DNA of 51,153 nucleotides from an uncultured archaeon (GTDB taxonomy: Archaea; Asgardarchaeota; Thorarchaeia; Thorarchaeales; Thorarchaeaceae): contig CAZPWM010000013.1 of assembly GCA_964590575.1 (NCBI GenBank), positions 1 through 51,153 of the forward strand, read 5' to 3'. The notes under the pieces are model-generated. The model was not told the DNA's origin and searched no databases. It saw nothing but the letters and a program-made list of their open reading frames with translations. This document shows positions 39,801-46,929 of the stretch, piece by piece; the stretch's first letter is position 1; each line of letters begins with the position of its first letter. The position numbers were made by a program, and so were the translations under genes.

Positions 39801-42800
39801 CTATTTCAGATACCATAATCGTTAGGATTGAAGGCAGTGCGCCAAACTACATTGATGCATCATATCAGCTAGTTTTCAGACTTTTACCAAGACCAATGGA
39901 AATCATTCCTGAGGGAAATAAATACGTCTTCACTGTGTCCTATGGTGATACTGCGGAAGTAATTGTTTACCTAGAAGACTCGCTTGGTCCCAGTCTTGTA
40001 ACTGAGGCAAATCTTGCAGCAAGATGGGACTATGAAACCAATCTAACGTTGGTTGAGATACCAAGTAGACCTGGTTATTACAGACTTTCAATACCAACAG
40101 GAACAGCTGGTTTTGGAAGCTACGAAATTCAGATAGATGCATCAAAACAAAACTATGGTAGTACATCAGCAACACTGATTATGGCAATTTCAAAAATCCA
40201 AATGGTTGTATGGCTCGATAATGTCACTGCAACCTATGAATACACTTCTTTCTATTGGTCTGAGGTAGTCAGAATTGGAGTATATGTTCTTGCTCCAGCA
40301 CTTAACGCATCGTATCCACTCTCCACAGGATTAGACGGTCTGGTTGTCACATGGAACTCGCCGGAACTTGGTACAAATGGAACACTTGTGAATGGAATCA
40401 TGATAGGTGGTTCGGGGTATTATTATTATGACTTCAATACCAGTCAAGGTATTGCTGCGCTACACACATTCATTATCTCAGCTAATCCACCGGATCCTGA
40501 TTACGAGAGAGCAGATAATTCTACATCAATTTTCGTAAGAAATCTAGAAGCAACCATTGTGTCACCAGGTTCACCTGAATTGGTGTGGGGATGGACTGGT
40601 CTTGTTAATGTTACATATTATGACAACTTTCATGTGCAAGGTGTACAGGCGGACTTCTCTTCATTTTCATGGGCTGGAGGATCTGGTAGTGCTGTCTATC
40701 TAGGCGAAGGAATCTATGGTATTCCAATGAATACAACAAAGCTCAGACCAGGAACATATACAATCACAATTGAGTTTCGTAAAGCAAACTATGATGACAC
40801 GGAAATAACGATCAGAATTCATATTGCATCGGTTCCTACTGAAATCGCGGTTCTTCTCCCTGAAATATATCGAATAGGTGATACGTGGACAAATCTACAG
40901 ATTCCTTATGGAGATATACTTACGGTCACGTTACTTTACAATGATACAAATAGTGCCAGAGGAATTCCTGACGCTGTAATCAACAACTCGGTTTATACTG
41001 GACCAGGAGTCTATGAAGATACTCTAATACTAACGAATCATGGTAATGGCAACTATTCATTTATCTTCAATACACTTGATTGGAGTCTGCATTCTAGTAT
41101 TTCATATCATATTCGATTCATGCTTGAGAATTATACAACAGCAGAATTTGTTTTCGAGATCACAATTATCAAAATCCAAACCAGTCTCGAAATAGATGGA
41201 CCTTCCGTAATGTCACTTCACTGGGGGATGAATACCACCTTCTGGGTTCATTATTCAGATGCATGGCCAGGACACTCAGGAGAGGGTATTACTGATGCGA
41301 TGATTGTAATCGAAAATCTTCCACCCAACTGTGCAACAATCGAGTTCTTGGGTCCTGATGGAAGTCGTCCAGGTTACTATCAGTTCAGAGTCGTAGCACT
41401 TAGAGTAGCAGGTGTAGCAGGATTCACAATACATTTCAACAAGACATACTATGATGCCAACTCAATAACGCTTTCCGTTTCGGTAAGTCCGTCTGCAGAA
41501 GATATTGCATTGCAGAATGCAATCACATGGGGAGGCGCACTTGCTATAATTTTGATACTTGGTTCTCTTGTATGGGTGCGTATCTTGAGAGTGCCAAAAA
41601 TAATCAGGATAATTAGTGGTCAGATTCGACAGATACGCAAAGGGCGAATACCCAAACCAGCTAAGGGTGTTCAGGCAAGACAAGCGCTTGTTGCAGAGAT
41701 GTTTAATGAGCTTTATGAACCGGTTGGAGTACGAAGAAAGATTTCTCAAATGCCTGCAGAGCCAATTATAATTGAAGTTCCTGAAATCGATGAACTGATT
41801 ATAGATCTCTCAATCCTTACTGGAATGACCCAACAGGAACTTGATGATTTCAGATTTGAAATATCAAAAATGAAGATGAGTCAGCAAACCAGTTTTGTTA
41901 GAGAGGTAATTAAGCAGGAGGTCATAAGAGTTGCAGGTGTCCAGAATAAGTCAATAGAACAGGTTCTAGAAGAAGTTGTAGAAGATAGAAAAAGAAGAAT
42001 TGGTGGAGCTGCAACACCGGTTAAACCAGAGGTCTACGAAGTAATCGAAGAGGACACCGAAGTTGCTGAGCCAGAAGAAAAAGGAATCGATTTTGAAAAT
42101 ACGATGAGAGAATTTGAGCTCGAAGAAATGGCGATTGAGTTGGAAAAACGTGGTATTCCAAAACATGAGATTGAATCATTCATCTCTCAGGCTCGAGAGC
42201 TCCCGAAAGATGTGGTAGAGATGCTTCTTCAAAGTTTCCAGCCTAAGGAAAAAGTAGAAGCAGTTGAAAAAGAAGTCGAGCATCTCTCTGAAGAGGAGAT
42301 TGAGAAACTTCGTTCTGAACTAATCAAACGAAAAGCTAGTGACCGTGAAATCGAGTCAATCATTGACCAAGCAAGAAGTCTTCCTAGAGAACTTGCTCTC
42401 GAATTCTTTAAAGAACCAGAGAAACCAACTAGAAAGAAACGAGTCAAGAAAGAGGAATTGCTTTCTAAAGAGGAACTTGCAGATCTACGAGCCGAGTTGG
42501 AAGAAAAACGAGTGCCTAAAGATGAGATTAAGTCAATTATGAAGCAGGCTCAAACAGTTCCGAGGGATCTAGTTGAAGAATTCCTAAAGACAATTGAAGA
42601 CAAAGAGCCAAAAGAGCATCTTGAGGAAGTTGAGTTTGAAGACAGACTCAGTGAGTTCGAGGCCGAGGAGCTTCGCTTACAGCTTTTGGAACGAGGTCTT
42701 CCAGAGGAGGAAATTGAGTCAATTGTTAAGCAAGCCAAGAATCTTCCCACCGCTCTAATTGAAGACCTTTTGAAGAGTATCGATGCGGACTTGGATAAGA

Positions 42801-42805
42801 GGTAG
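30872..42805 (+). CDS. Giant single-pass surface protein B (3977 aa), paralog of A, with 1 DUF2341+LamG module and 4 cytoplasmic repeats
   Basis: Colinear with A (RPFPEQI.L, GSVSPYVPDG, LSSPDYP, IRIGVYVLAP.LN.SYPLSTGL, VPEI.EL...LSIL, SKMK.S.Q..FV.EVI.QE). TM at ~41520-41580. GTG start overlaps the TAG of A by 1 nt, with GGTGA SD upstream. Confidence 0.9.
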   Translation: MSITIASKKRVKKWKHVCSRVIIPCIILIIFCSPAGFTLNQSDLVSEMPISNSSPYWFEPAEGPQEYSSTGSSQPVAFGGLFSNATQPIVMLDSSAPATVSIAAPQGWSANDLSGTIEHISTEVGGLTNELLDDYHSERCIITGSAWNSETYYVPDDWSLLKSGDSTIHPGHGGLYWYTSSGSGREDSMGWRPSVLFDTSKTIDPSMEIYLSQQVQLPWREVYSCKISFYHRVPSGQTLSGIFYLFIRVGSYEAKFNVLSAGYTTDTWIQTTVDVPASVFSNIPVPGSVPVSIGLSTDFSGQPSSNINNYVYIDEIEAVFEARPFPEQIGLSVNQSILTSSVSGSVSPYVPDGVYRDCSDNPTTGIVSSPMDVGVKGAAWSSASKYQTAFQFQLAIPKGAVITSARLEIEAQSSVGGGNNGLRVYAAQEDNFAPFSSGLPHLEDRYDWSATSVNWLLTSWVSSNRYMSPDISSLVQGVISRDGWSSDNYICIMLDYMFSDSYNDYNRIKGTSSYNGEDLARLFVDFMIPLPEDSISLFKYKKDIVVDHTKVSSNLQDFPVLIDIFDSDLKVNAQEDGDDIRFWSGNELLDYQMELYDSNYNLTHAHLIAWVRVPFLSSSIDTTISMRYGVPDISSLESSLGVWQDRYQSIWHMSESSGSGAYLKDSSSYGHDGTPTGTVFMDSGKIDGARYLQNSGYSYIMFEGGEDLLDGWSDWQFSFWMYPDFSSTSEWQAGSSEPDVFYKGASMSLARVYSYGGSDGTFQIDTHFQSSGTSYLTVSIRNRAWNYVVMKYESSGDGRLRAYSYVNGGLFDSFNELVGTGDRLVNDASAFLLGATNPDTAFCGGMDEYRFIKEGYTSLAWIQTEYANQYDPTSFSAVGEEQTTQIEDTTTLVFATTNPSIVEILPRLKLNVTYDGLTFDANFQEGTSFSVNNGTDVTWIANVLVSPPTGISDLSFNLSNPAVWSLTNVSDSVGQSRLSEITATSTQVMVSSSVLDVFGVWKFTFSSSNEASLLECGINAGTYGNTIELQIGDLAKFRGTAAVIPGSAMRLRLVDPSGQLFYSTDDLSQDGSGQFEWTGISVTSAWPNGLWEAHVDFNNTADSTPERVGRYSRLFTVKHASSLTLLSPADAVGDGVSVRTAGELLEVEVQLINTETTQNVAGSTVMMNWSVSGIETQVQFEDYGNGVYGKTLNTSDLGQPGNWRLNIVSSHHYLIDATTFFDLKLSHNTVLTYRTPASTPYGDDFSVRVNLQDAITGAHYDGASFTSNGTISGVTDYNNGTYLVNIDSTGLSVGTYCFKINTIPSQSFVIESSVDVVFHYREIKTDLIQIETNPVSVPWGQNATVMINWLDIDHGSGGISGGTLSGDGTFQYVDLLDGRYSIQIDVESFNVGIYTFNFTIVRTNYQSSEIAVAVTVRPHGTTVVAAYDSSIPMGTNVTVTLTFLDRDAGNTVISGNLSSVLAEWTGGSDIYGTLQILIESQNWAIGTYTIDITVHATTSPRYYYDVTIVILLRVEKLTTFLSWDNLGVFPIGDDFEVTGYVTVNDSRSIYDNMPVNGLLQSNFIIRDKNGTAYNIKTFSAQAAGTYVLTLDKSYFPGGSYGIRIFLVFGVSENYSNAQTPIISFQFSKARSDLSSPDYPLLTISYSTNGVITLEFVDIDRGQGIDTATFYVVGAGKLGQQLISSGRYRVTVDTSSWSIGVATVNFTASALNYENKTISIDIQIREIRTYATATVGTLEIPVGDSQTFYVDYIDMDHNLPIPTLSHSCNWTVAHYDIVWTGDRYSITIRTYDSDALTSYLLVFDFAAGLEYEAATFNVTIVIRTIKTELRFLSPVQDTTSDGKINISVYYGDRDHLQGIASTFVLCTVWNTTHQLTIYWENDTVNGEGYYIISIAASQFGGIGIQQLTIFFNWTGSIQEYENKYLSVDVEIVGADTELTLTEAALPSPCLDYMVYTFLYSSPSTGGITNDTFNVIISIDFVGVTVDLSQVDIWEIDSGGSPGEYSIGFNNSILGGTGIFSLRVFINWSAGVSPFYTNRTDLISVRVLPRTAIFSVIPPTSIPFGENATFSFTYEDTTGGAASSIAYNSLAMTLSLNVPDFTMTYNSLDGLYTISFNTSQLGAPLGKRLLSLSLAWSGLPFYSNVTGRLIEITLIERQTLLTYPTPPATPYGNNVTFTIAYVDIAGSNSKAVLGTIIEIYDGPTEIPSSYIHIMHLGSGEYQIELNTSYFSQPGLVLLRIEASSGQFYYQARNATKSLEVNLRTTLLTTEPIGSVPYGNSFSIVLHYQDLDSLVPLGNDTGVMTSLEILNGTSWQFTCIWRASLQNYLLTVETYNQILELGQTYYLWLNISSEYTIPFYQSDDVLVPFQMRERDTSLVLISAPSQTHYRDYANFTIMFKDVLSSSGITGSSIHLYFGVVLLQPSIDYTIIEVSAGLYTISVDTAVLGVPGTKTLQVIADWSAGPPHYRDAQRNIIVPVTERPTNVEVVFPPGKTWYLDNMTLDFAFVDISTGERVVVSLSDIKVYSGPTLLAYGEYAIQSIGPIFRLLINSTIISATLVSNWNITIQIDWTAGAPYYENDATSVFVSTVGRGGSIELSQIEETPFGDIMNISLIYTDQRTGKAIEGAIIVLHCDQVPGLAEGVDYWVQMLTGIDSGTYRILVSTPSLGSLGSFTFEIEVQWSALVSPYYSNIISPEVQGLVRAIQTSVSSDLPSPSVVAFYEDISFVMQFTDTDHGVPINGAEGQISVRYQSTGLEPSSWSVQVLGSGQYNITLSMMDSLNVGLQSVIVTINRPLYQIAQTSVVFGLRNRVAGLSAIIAPTNYAGYATSVMIYLVDYDANDSPLSGASLVRTWGDSSSYIDLGDGSYNVTLQTGNLNFGSQILTVHANRLHYSITSLNIEINLLAVPSELIVTWSGPRLTSEIYWGEPLTIFAVINDTLRNQTISVATITYDWIGGPGSFLPSGVPGNYIAILDTSLGAISDTIIVRIEGSAPNYIDASYQLVFRLLPRPMEIIPEGNKYVFTVSYGDTAEVIVYLEDSLGPSLVTEANLAARWDYETNLTLVEIPSRPGYYRLSIPTGTAGFGSYEIQIDASKQNYGSTSATLIMAISKIQMVVWLDNVTATYEYTSFYWSEVVRIGVYVLAPALNASYPLSTGLDGLVVTWNSPELGTNGTLVNGIMIGGSGYYYYDFNTSQGIAALHTFIISANPPDPDYERADNSTSIFVRNLEATIVSPGSPELVWGWTGLVNVTYYDNFHVQGVQADFSSFSWAGGSGSAVYLGEGIYGIPMNTTKLRPGTYTITIEFRKANYDDTEITIRIHIASVPTEIAVLLPEIYRIGDTWTNLQIPYGDILTVTLLYNDTNSARGIPDAVINNSVYTGPGVYEDTLILTNHGNGNYSFIFNTLDWSLHSSISYHIRFMLENYTTAEFVFEITIIKIQTSLEIDGPSVMSLHWGMNTTFWVHYSDAWPGHSGEGITDAMIVIENLPPNCATIEFLGPDGSRPGYYQFRVVALRVAGVAGFTIHFNKTYYDANSITLSVSVSPSAEDIALQNAITWGGALAIILILGSLVWVRILRVPKIIRIISGQIRQIRKGRIPKPAKGVQARQALVAEMFNELYEPVGVRRKISQMPAEPIIIEVPEIDELIIDLSILTGMTQQELDDFRFEISKMKMSQQTSFVREVIKQEVIRVAGVQNKSIEQVLEEVVEDRKRRIGGAATPVKPEVYEVIEEDTEVAEPEEKGIDFENTMREFELEEMAIELEKRGIPKHEIESFISQARELPKDVVEMLLQSFQPKEKVEAVEKEVEHLSEEEIEKLRSELIKRKASDREIESIIDQARSLPRELALEFFKEPEKPTRKKRVKKEELLSKEELADLRAELEEKRVPKDEIKSIMKQAQTVPRDLVEEFLKTIEDKEPKEHLEEVEFEDRLSEFEAEELRLQLLERGLPEEEIESIVKQAKNLPTALIEDLLKSIDADLDKR
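42100..42790 (+). repeat. Four ~45-aa helical repeats in the cytoplasmic tail of protein B
   Basis: Consensus LSE.E.EELR..L..RG.P..EIESI..QA..LP..L.E..LK at ~42100, 42281, 42461 and 42641; a single copy ends protein A (~30710-30850). Confidence 0.85.
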
Positions 42806-42841
42806 TTACTTGGAATACGCGACATCATCAAAATGGTACTG

Positions 42842-44209
42842 CTACTTCCTTAGGATTAGTATCCATTCACCCACCATACGCTCAGGACGGGGAATTCGGA
42901 TGAAGTGACGAATCAATTTCGAGAAGAAAGTTCGTTCGAGTTTAAAACCAATAGCAGAAGTTGCAATCTCTGAGAGTATTATGTCTGACTTTACCTCCAC
43001 ACCACGGATGAGATTGTTTCCAATAGCAATACAATACCGACTCCCAGGTTTTAGAATCCGAAACATCTCTGCGAGCTGCAATTCCATGTCTTTAAAGAAC
43101 TTGAAAACGATGAACGACCTTCTTGGGTCTGAGTTGTATATCTTCTCGAGTATTGGGTCCAATGTCTCATATCCCGAGGTCTTCAGATTGTTGTACTCAT
43201 TTTTATAGACCGCTTCAGTGCCAATATACCTCCTCTTTACAAACGATAACGACCTTTTTTCAAGAAGACCAAGCCAATACATCTCCAACTGATGTGTTCG
43301 CGGATAGTCAACCGCATTGATGTATGGAGGGGAAGTCAATGCAAGATCAATAGAATTAGTATCAAGTCCAGTTTGAATGGCGTTTGCAATCGGTAGCTGA
43401 ACTTCACTGACATCCAGTTTCTGCGAAATCTCGGAGAACTCATACATTGCGCTACTCTGTTGAAACAATTTCTGAGAAAATTTAGAGTAGGTGTCGCCTG
43501 GAGAGAGGCTCTTGACGACCTTCTTTCGAAGGACAGTTCGTGTGCAGTGGGGGTCTGCGTTGGATACATCCCGAATGATAGAGGACAAGACAACTCGGAA
43601 GAAATCACCTATGTTTTGCCATTCGGTGTTATTCTGATGTTTTGAGAGAAGCCCTTCAATACTATCATTGATGATTGCTAATTCTCTTAAGACAAATGAT
43701 CGGAACCAATTGTCCCTATAATGAAACTCAGGTATTAGTGGTTCATACTCTGAGTTGGCATCCAAATCTTGGATTTGCGCTACAAGGTGCTGTACTGCAA
43801 GGGTTAGAGTTTCAGAATCAATTGGTGTGGTTTTGACCTTTGTAATTAGTCGAGCAATTGGGTCTATGTCAATCCCAATCCCAATCCGATTGTTCAACAT
43901 CGCCTCCAAGACTGCAGTTCCGCTACCGCACATAGGGTCTAGAACTGTTTCACCAATATTGGAATACTTCCGAATCAGATAGCGTGGAAGTTCCGGAAAG
44001 AACTTCGCTGGAAACTTGTGAATTCCATGAGTAAGATAGGATTGATCAAGGCTAATGATGAGAATCTTGCTTTGATTTGGAATGTTAAAACTAGGGTCAA
44101 TATCACCTTCAAACTCGATTAATTCACCTGAATCCCTTTGAGCAGGTTCTTCGAAACCATCGATTGTTGATGACGAATCCATTTGACAAAACCCCTTGCA
44201 GTTCACCAT
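42842..44209 (-). CDS. DNA amino-methyltransferase, probably N4-cytosine, alpha motif order; no cognate endonuclease in window
   Basis: THGIHKFPAKF, LDPMCGSGT (motif I) preceding LTSPPY (motif IV), EMFRILKPG. Start may be ATG 44182. Confidence 0.88.
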   Translation of the reverse strand: MVNCKGFCQMDSSSTIDGFEEPAQRDSGELIEFEGDIDPSFNIPNQSKILIISLDQSYLTHGIHKFPAKFFPELPRYLIRKYSNIGETVLDPMCGSGTAVLEAMLNNRIGIGIDIDPIARLITKVKTTPIDSETLTLAVQHLVAQIQDLDANSEYEPLIPEFHYRDNWFRSFVLRELAIINDSIEGLLSKHQNNTEWQNIGDFFRVVLSSIIRDVSNADPHCTRTVLRKKVVKSLSPGDTYSKFSQKLFQQSSAMYEFSEISQKLDVSEVQLPIANAIQTGLDTNSIDLALTSPPYINAVDYPRTHQLEMYWLGLLEKRSLSFVKRRYIGTEAVYKNEYNNLKTSGYETLDPILEKIYNSDPRRSFIVFKFFKDMELQLAEMFRILKPGSRYCIAIGNNLIRGVEVKSDIILSEIATSAIGFKLERTFFSKLIRHFIRIPRPERMVGEWILILRK

Positions 44210-44280
44210 GATTGGGTGACTTCACAAAATAACTCTGACCCTTATAGGTTAACAGCTCTAGTTAACATTCGTTAAGCACA

Positions 44281-44328
44281 CTTGGTGGTGCATTGGTCAT
44301 CATCGGCGCGATACTACTGTTAGCATAG
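44281..44328 (+). pseudogene. 3' remnant of a paralog of the 108-aa membrane protein
   Basis: Encodes LGGALVIIGAILLLA* versus LGGVLVIIGAILLLL* at 44867-44914. An in-frame TAA at 44263-44265 and no start codon in between. Confidence 0.8.
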
Positions 44329-44330
44329 GA

Positions 44331-44390
44331 TAGGTTTGCTCCATATCAGTTCTCTTGGACTGATGGGAGCATTCCATTTTCTCTTTTTTT
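44331..44390 (+). terminator. Hairpin plus pyrimidine/T tract, copy 1
   Basis: GCTCC-at-ATCAGTTC-tctt-GGACTGAT-g-GGAGC followed by ATTCCATTTTCTCTTTTTTT, directly after the remnant stop codon. Confidence 0.7.
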
Positions 44391-44587
44391 AGTTGATTGT
44401 AATCGAATTGCCTCGCGAAAGTTGCATTACCGGTTGCAGTGACAAGTCCACTTGTCAGACCGCCCTATTGCTGTCCATCAGCACGTTGTATTAGAAAAAC
44501 ATATGGACCTCATATGTTATATACAAGTTATAGTTACAAAATAACACATTTCTAAGTGTTCAACAAAGAAGGAGAGAGATTTATACA

Positions 44588-44914
44588 ATGTCAGATCTAC
44601 ATAAAATTGGAGACCTACTAATTCTTATTGGCGGTATTATAGGCTTGATCGAGGGTATCCTAACAGTGTTAGGTATTGCCGGGTTGCCTTTTCTACCAGG
44701 CTGGGACTTTGGTCTAGATGGACTGATTATGGGAATCCTTGGAATCTTGTTCTCACTTATTGCCTTGGTGAATAGCGGCGCAATCAAGATTAGTGCTCTC
44801 AATTTTGGCAACAAGTGGCTTATAGTATTAGTAATGGGTATTCTCATGTACCTGTTTACCGCTAGACTAGGTGGCGTTCTAGTCATTATCGGTGCGATAC
44901 TACTGTTGCTTTAG
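44588..44914 (+). CDS. Small multi-pass (about 4 TM) membrane protein of unknown function
   Basis: 108 aa, Gly/Leu/Ile-rich hydrophobic segments, AAGGAG upstream. Confidence 0.85.
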   Translation: MSDLHKIGDLLILIGGIIGLIEGILTVLGIAGLPFLPGWDFGLDGLIMGILGILFSLIALVNSGAIKISALNFGNKWLIVLVMGILMYLFTARLGGVLVIIGAILLLL

Positions 44915-44916
44915 TT

Positions 44917-44974
44917 TAGGTTTACTCCGCACCAGTTCTCTTGAGCTGGTGGGAGCATCCCATTTTCTCTTTTT
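44917..44974 (+). terminator. Hairpin plus pyrimidine/T tract, copy 2
   Basis: CTCC-gc-ACCAGTTC-tctt-GAGCTGGT-g-GGAG followed by CATCCCATTTTCTCTTTTT, between convergent stops. Confidence 0.7.
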
Positions 44975-44975
44975 G

Positions 44976-46325
44976 TTATTGAATGGACTCTGAGATAGCT
45001 TTGTCAAGCCTATTTACAGCATCATCTATGTTCTCCTTGGTTATGATATAACTAGGAGTGAATCTAAGCACGTTTTGGCCACATCCAAGCATCCAGAGCT
45101 TTTGCTTCTGAACAGCATTTTTCAGGACTTGATCGCGAAGTTTTCGTGCCTTTTCCTTGGACTTCTTATCCTTCACAAGCTCAATACCTGCCATTAGACC
45201 TATGCCGCGAGCATCGCCAACGACCTCGTATTTGTCTTTCAGATCATTGAATCGCTTTAGAAGATAGGAGCCATTTTCTGCATTCTTCTTGAGGTAGCCA
45301 CCATCCTCTAAATGCTTGAAGAGCCATAATGACAGGAGGGACATCTTCGGTTCTGCAGAGAAAGTTTCAGAGTGTCTAGACCCTCCAGCGAACATAGGTG
45401 AAGGACCGATTGAAGCCCCCATTGGGTAGCCGCCTCCGATTGCCTTTCCCATTGCGATGTAATCAGGAACCACTCCATGATTTTCAATTGCGCACCACTT
45501 ACCGGTTCGACCCATTCCAGCCTGAACCTCATCAGACATGAAATAAGCCCCAAATTCACGTGTCAATTTGTAGAATCCTTGAACTGTTTTTGCAGGTGGA
45601 ACGATAAGACCACCTTCGCCAGAAATCGGTTCCATCACGGTGGCTGCTATGTCATCCCCTTCAACTTGTAGGGCATATCGTAGTGCCTCAACACACTCCA
45701 AACTACAATCTTCAACTTCTGCCCCGTATGGACAACGATAACAATAAGGATAGTAAACGCGGATGACATCCACGCCCTGTGGAAAACCAGACTTATGTTT
45801 GGAATTTGAAGCCGTCAGTGCCAAGGCATAACCAGTACGTCCATGAAAGGCAGGCCGGAATGCAACAAATCTACGTTTGCCAGATAGGTCCATTGCAGAT
45901 TTCATACATCCTTCTACAGCTCTACCTCCAGAGGTTGTGAATACCACTCTCTTCTTGTGGTTTCCTGGAGTAATTCCAGCAACACGCTCACCGAGTAAAG
46001 TCTGGGGGATAGCATCAAAATCCATCCCTGGTAGTTCATGAACTACATCTAGGATGCTTTCTTCGAAATCAAGGAAGGGCTTGTATCGAAGTCCCAGAGC
46101 TCTCACAGCGACTCCACCTGTGACATCTAAATATTCTGTTCCTTCAACATCGAAAATCCTGACTCCTTCACCGACAGTATGGTCAAGACAGCCATAGACA
46201 TCACGGTCTTGAGTAGTGAGGGCAAGAGCATCAGCAGCTCTCTTTTTCCAATAGTCGTTGGTCATCATATTCTTGTCAATATCAAACCCAAGATCCTTTA
46301 GGATCCGAACGTGTTTGTCATCCAT
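44976..46325 (-). CDS. Class III PLP-dependent aminotransferase (ornithine/GABA/lysine aminotransferase-like)
   Basis: AFHGRT, MEPISGEGG, SDEVQAGMGRTGKW, PDYIAMGKAIGGG (PLP Lys), RGIGLMAGIEL. Substrate not assignable. Confidence 0.93.
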   Translation of the reverse strand: MDDKHVRILKDLGFDIDKNMMTNDYWKKRAADALALTTQDRDVYGCLDHTVGEGVRIFDVEGTEYLDVTGGVAVRALGLRYKPFLDFEESILDVVHELPGMDFDAIPQTLLGERVAGITPGNHKKRVVFTTSGGRAVEGCMKSAMDLSGKRRFVAFRPAFHGRTGYALALTASNSKHKSGFPQGVDVIRVYYPYCYRCPYGAEVEDCSLECVEALRYALQVEGDDIAATVMEPISGEGGLIVPPAKTVQGFYKLTREFGAYFMSDEVQAGMGRTGKWCAIENHGVVPDYIAMGKAIGGGYPMGASIGPSPMFAGGSRHSETFSAEPKMSLLSLWLFKHLEDGGYLKKNAENGSYLLKRFNDLKDKYEVVGDARGIGLMAGIELVKDKKSKEKARKLRDQVLKNAVQKQKLWMLGCGQNVLRFTPSYIITKENIDDAVNRLDKAISESIQ

Positions 46326-46415
46326 ATCATCAACCTTCTATAGATTGAACTGGGGTTGTAAGAAAGTATCCTCATTATCTAATTTCCGATGCCGGCGAGA
46401 GTAGCAAACCAGACC

Positions 46416-46787
46416 TTACTTTCTGAATACTAGTAGCAGTCCACCTAGTAGAATCATAAGACCTGCAAGTGTATATAGACTTCTGAGCCAAGCGATTGGG
46501 TCTAATGTGATTCCCGGATATGAAACAATCAAGATGATTATAAATCCAAACAAGCTAAGTAGACCCCCTGACTTCTGCACCTTCCAGTAAATAAAGCCAC
46601 ATGCGTCAAAGGAGAGAGCCACCATTAGTATGATTATGATACTGAGCAGGATTTCAATTACACCCTCCAAAGTACCGGGACCAGGACCCATCATTGCTTG
46701 ATAGATTCGTTCAATGGCATATACAAGAAGCACAATTCCACCAAGAACTGTGAAGCCTTGTGCTGCACCTTCAGCTTTACAACCCAT
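46416..46787 (-). CDS. Small multi-pass (about 4 TM) membrane protein of unknown function
   Basis: 123 aa with four hydrophobic segments, GGAGG SD; organisation similar to the 108-aa protein. Confidence 0.85.
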   Translation of the reverse strand: MGCKAEGAAQGFTVLGGIVLLVYAIERIYQAMMGPGPGTLEGVIEILLSIIIILMVALSFDACGFIYWKVQKSGGLLSLFGFIIILIVSYPGITLDPIAWLRSLYTLAGLMILLGGLLLVFRK

Positions 46788-46929
46788 TTCTCAAATTCCT
46801 CCGCGTGAACCTCTGCACTATACCTGCTAGACGCTGATATATAACTATCACGCGTCAGACCCAGATAATACATACACCTGTATTGCTCTGAGGGCATGGT
46901 CGTATGACATCTAGTCAGTATTTTGAGAG

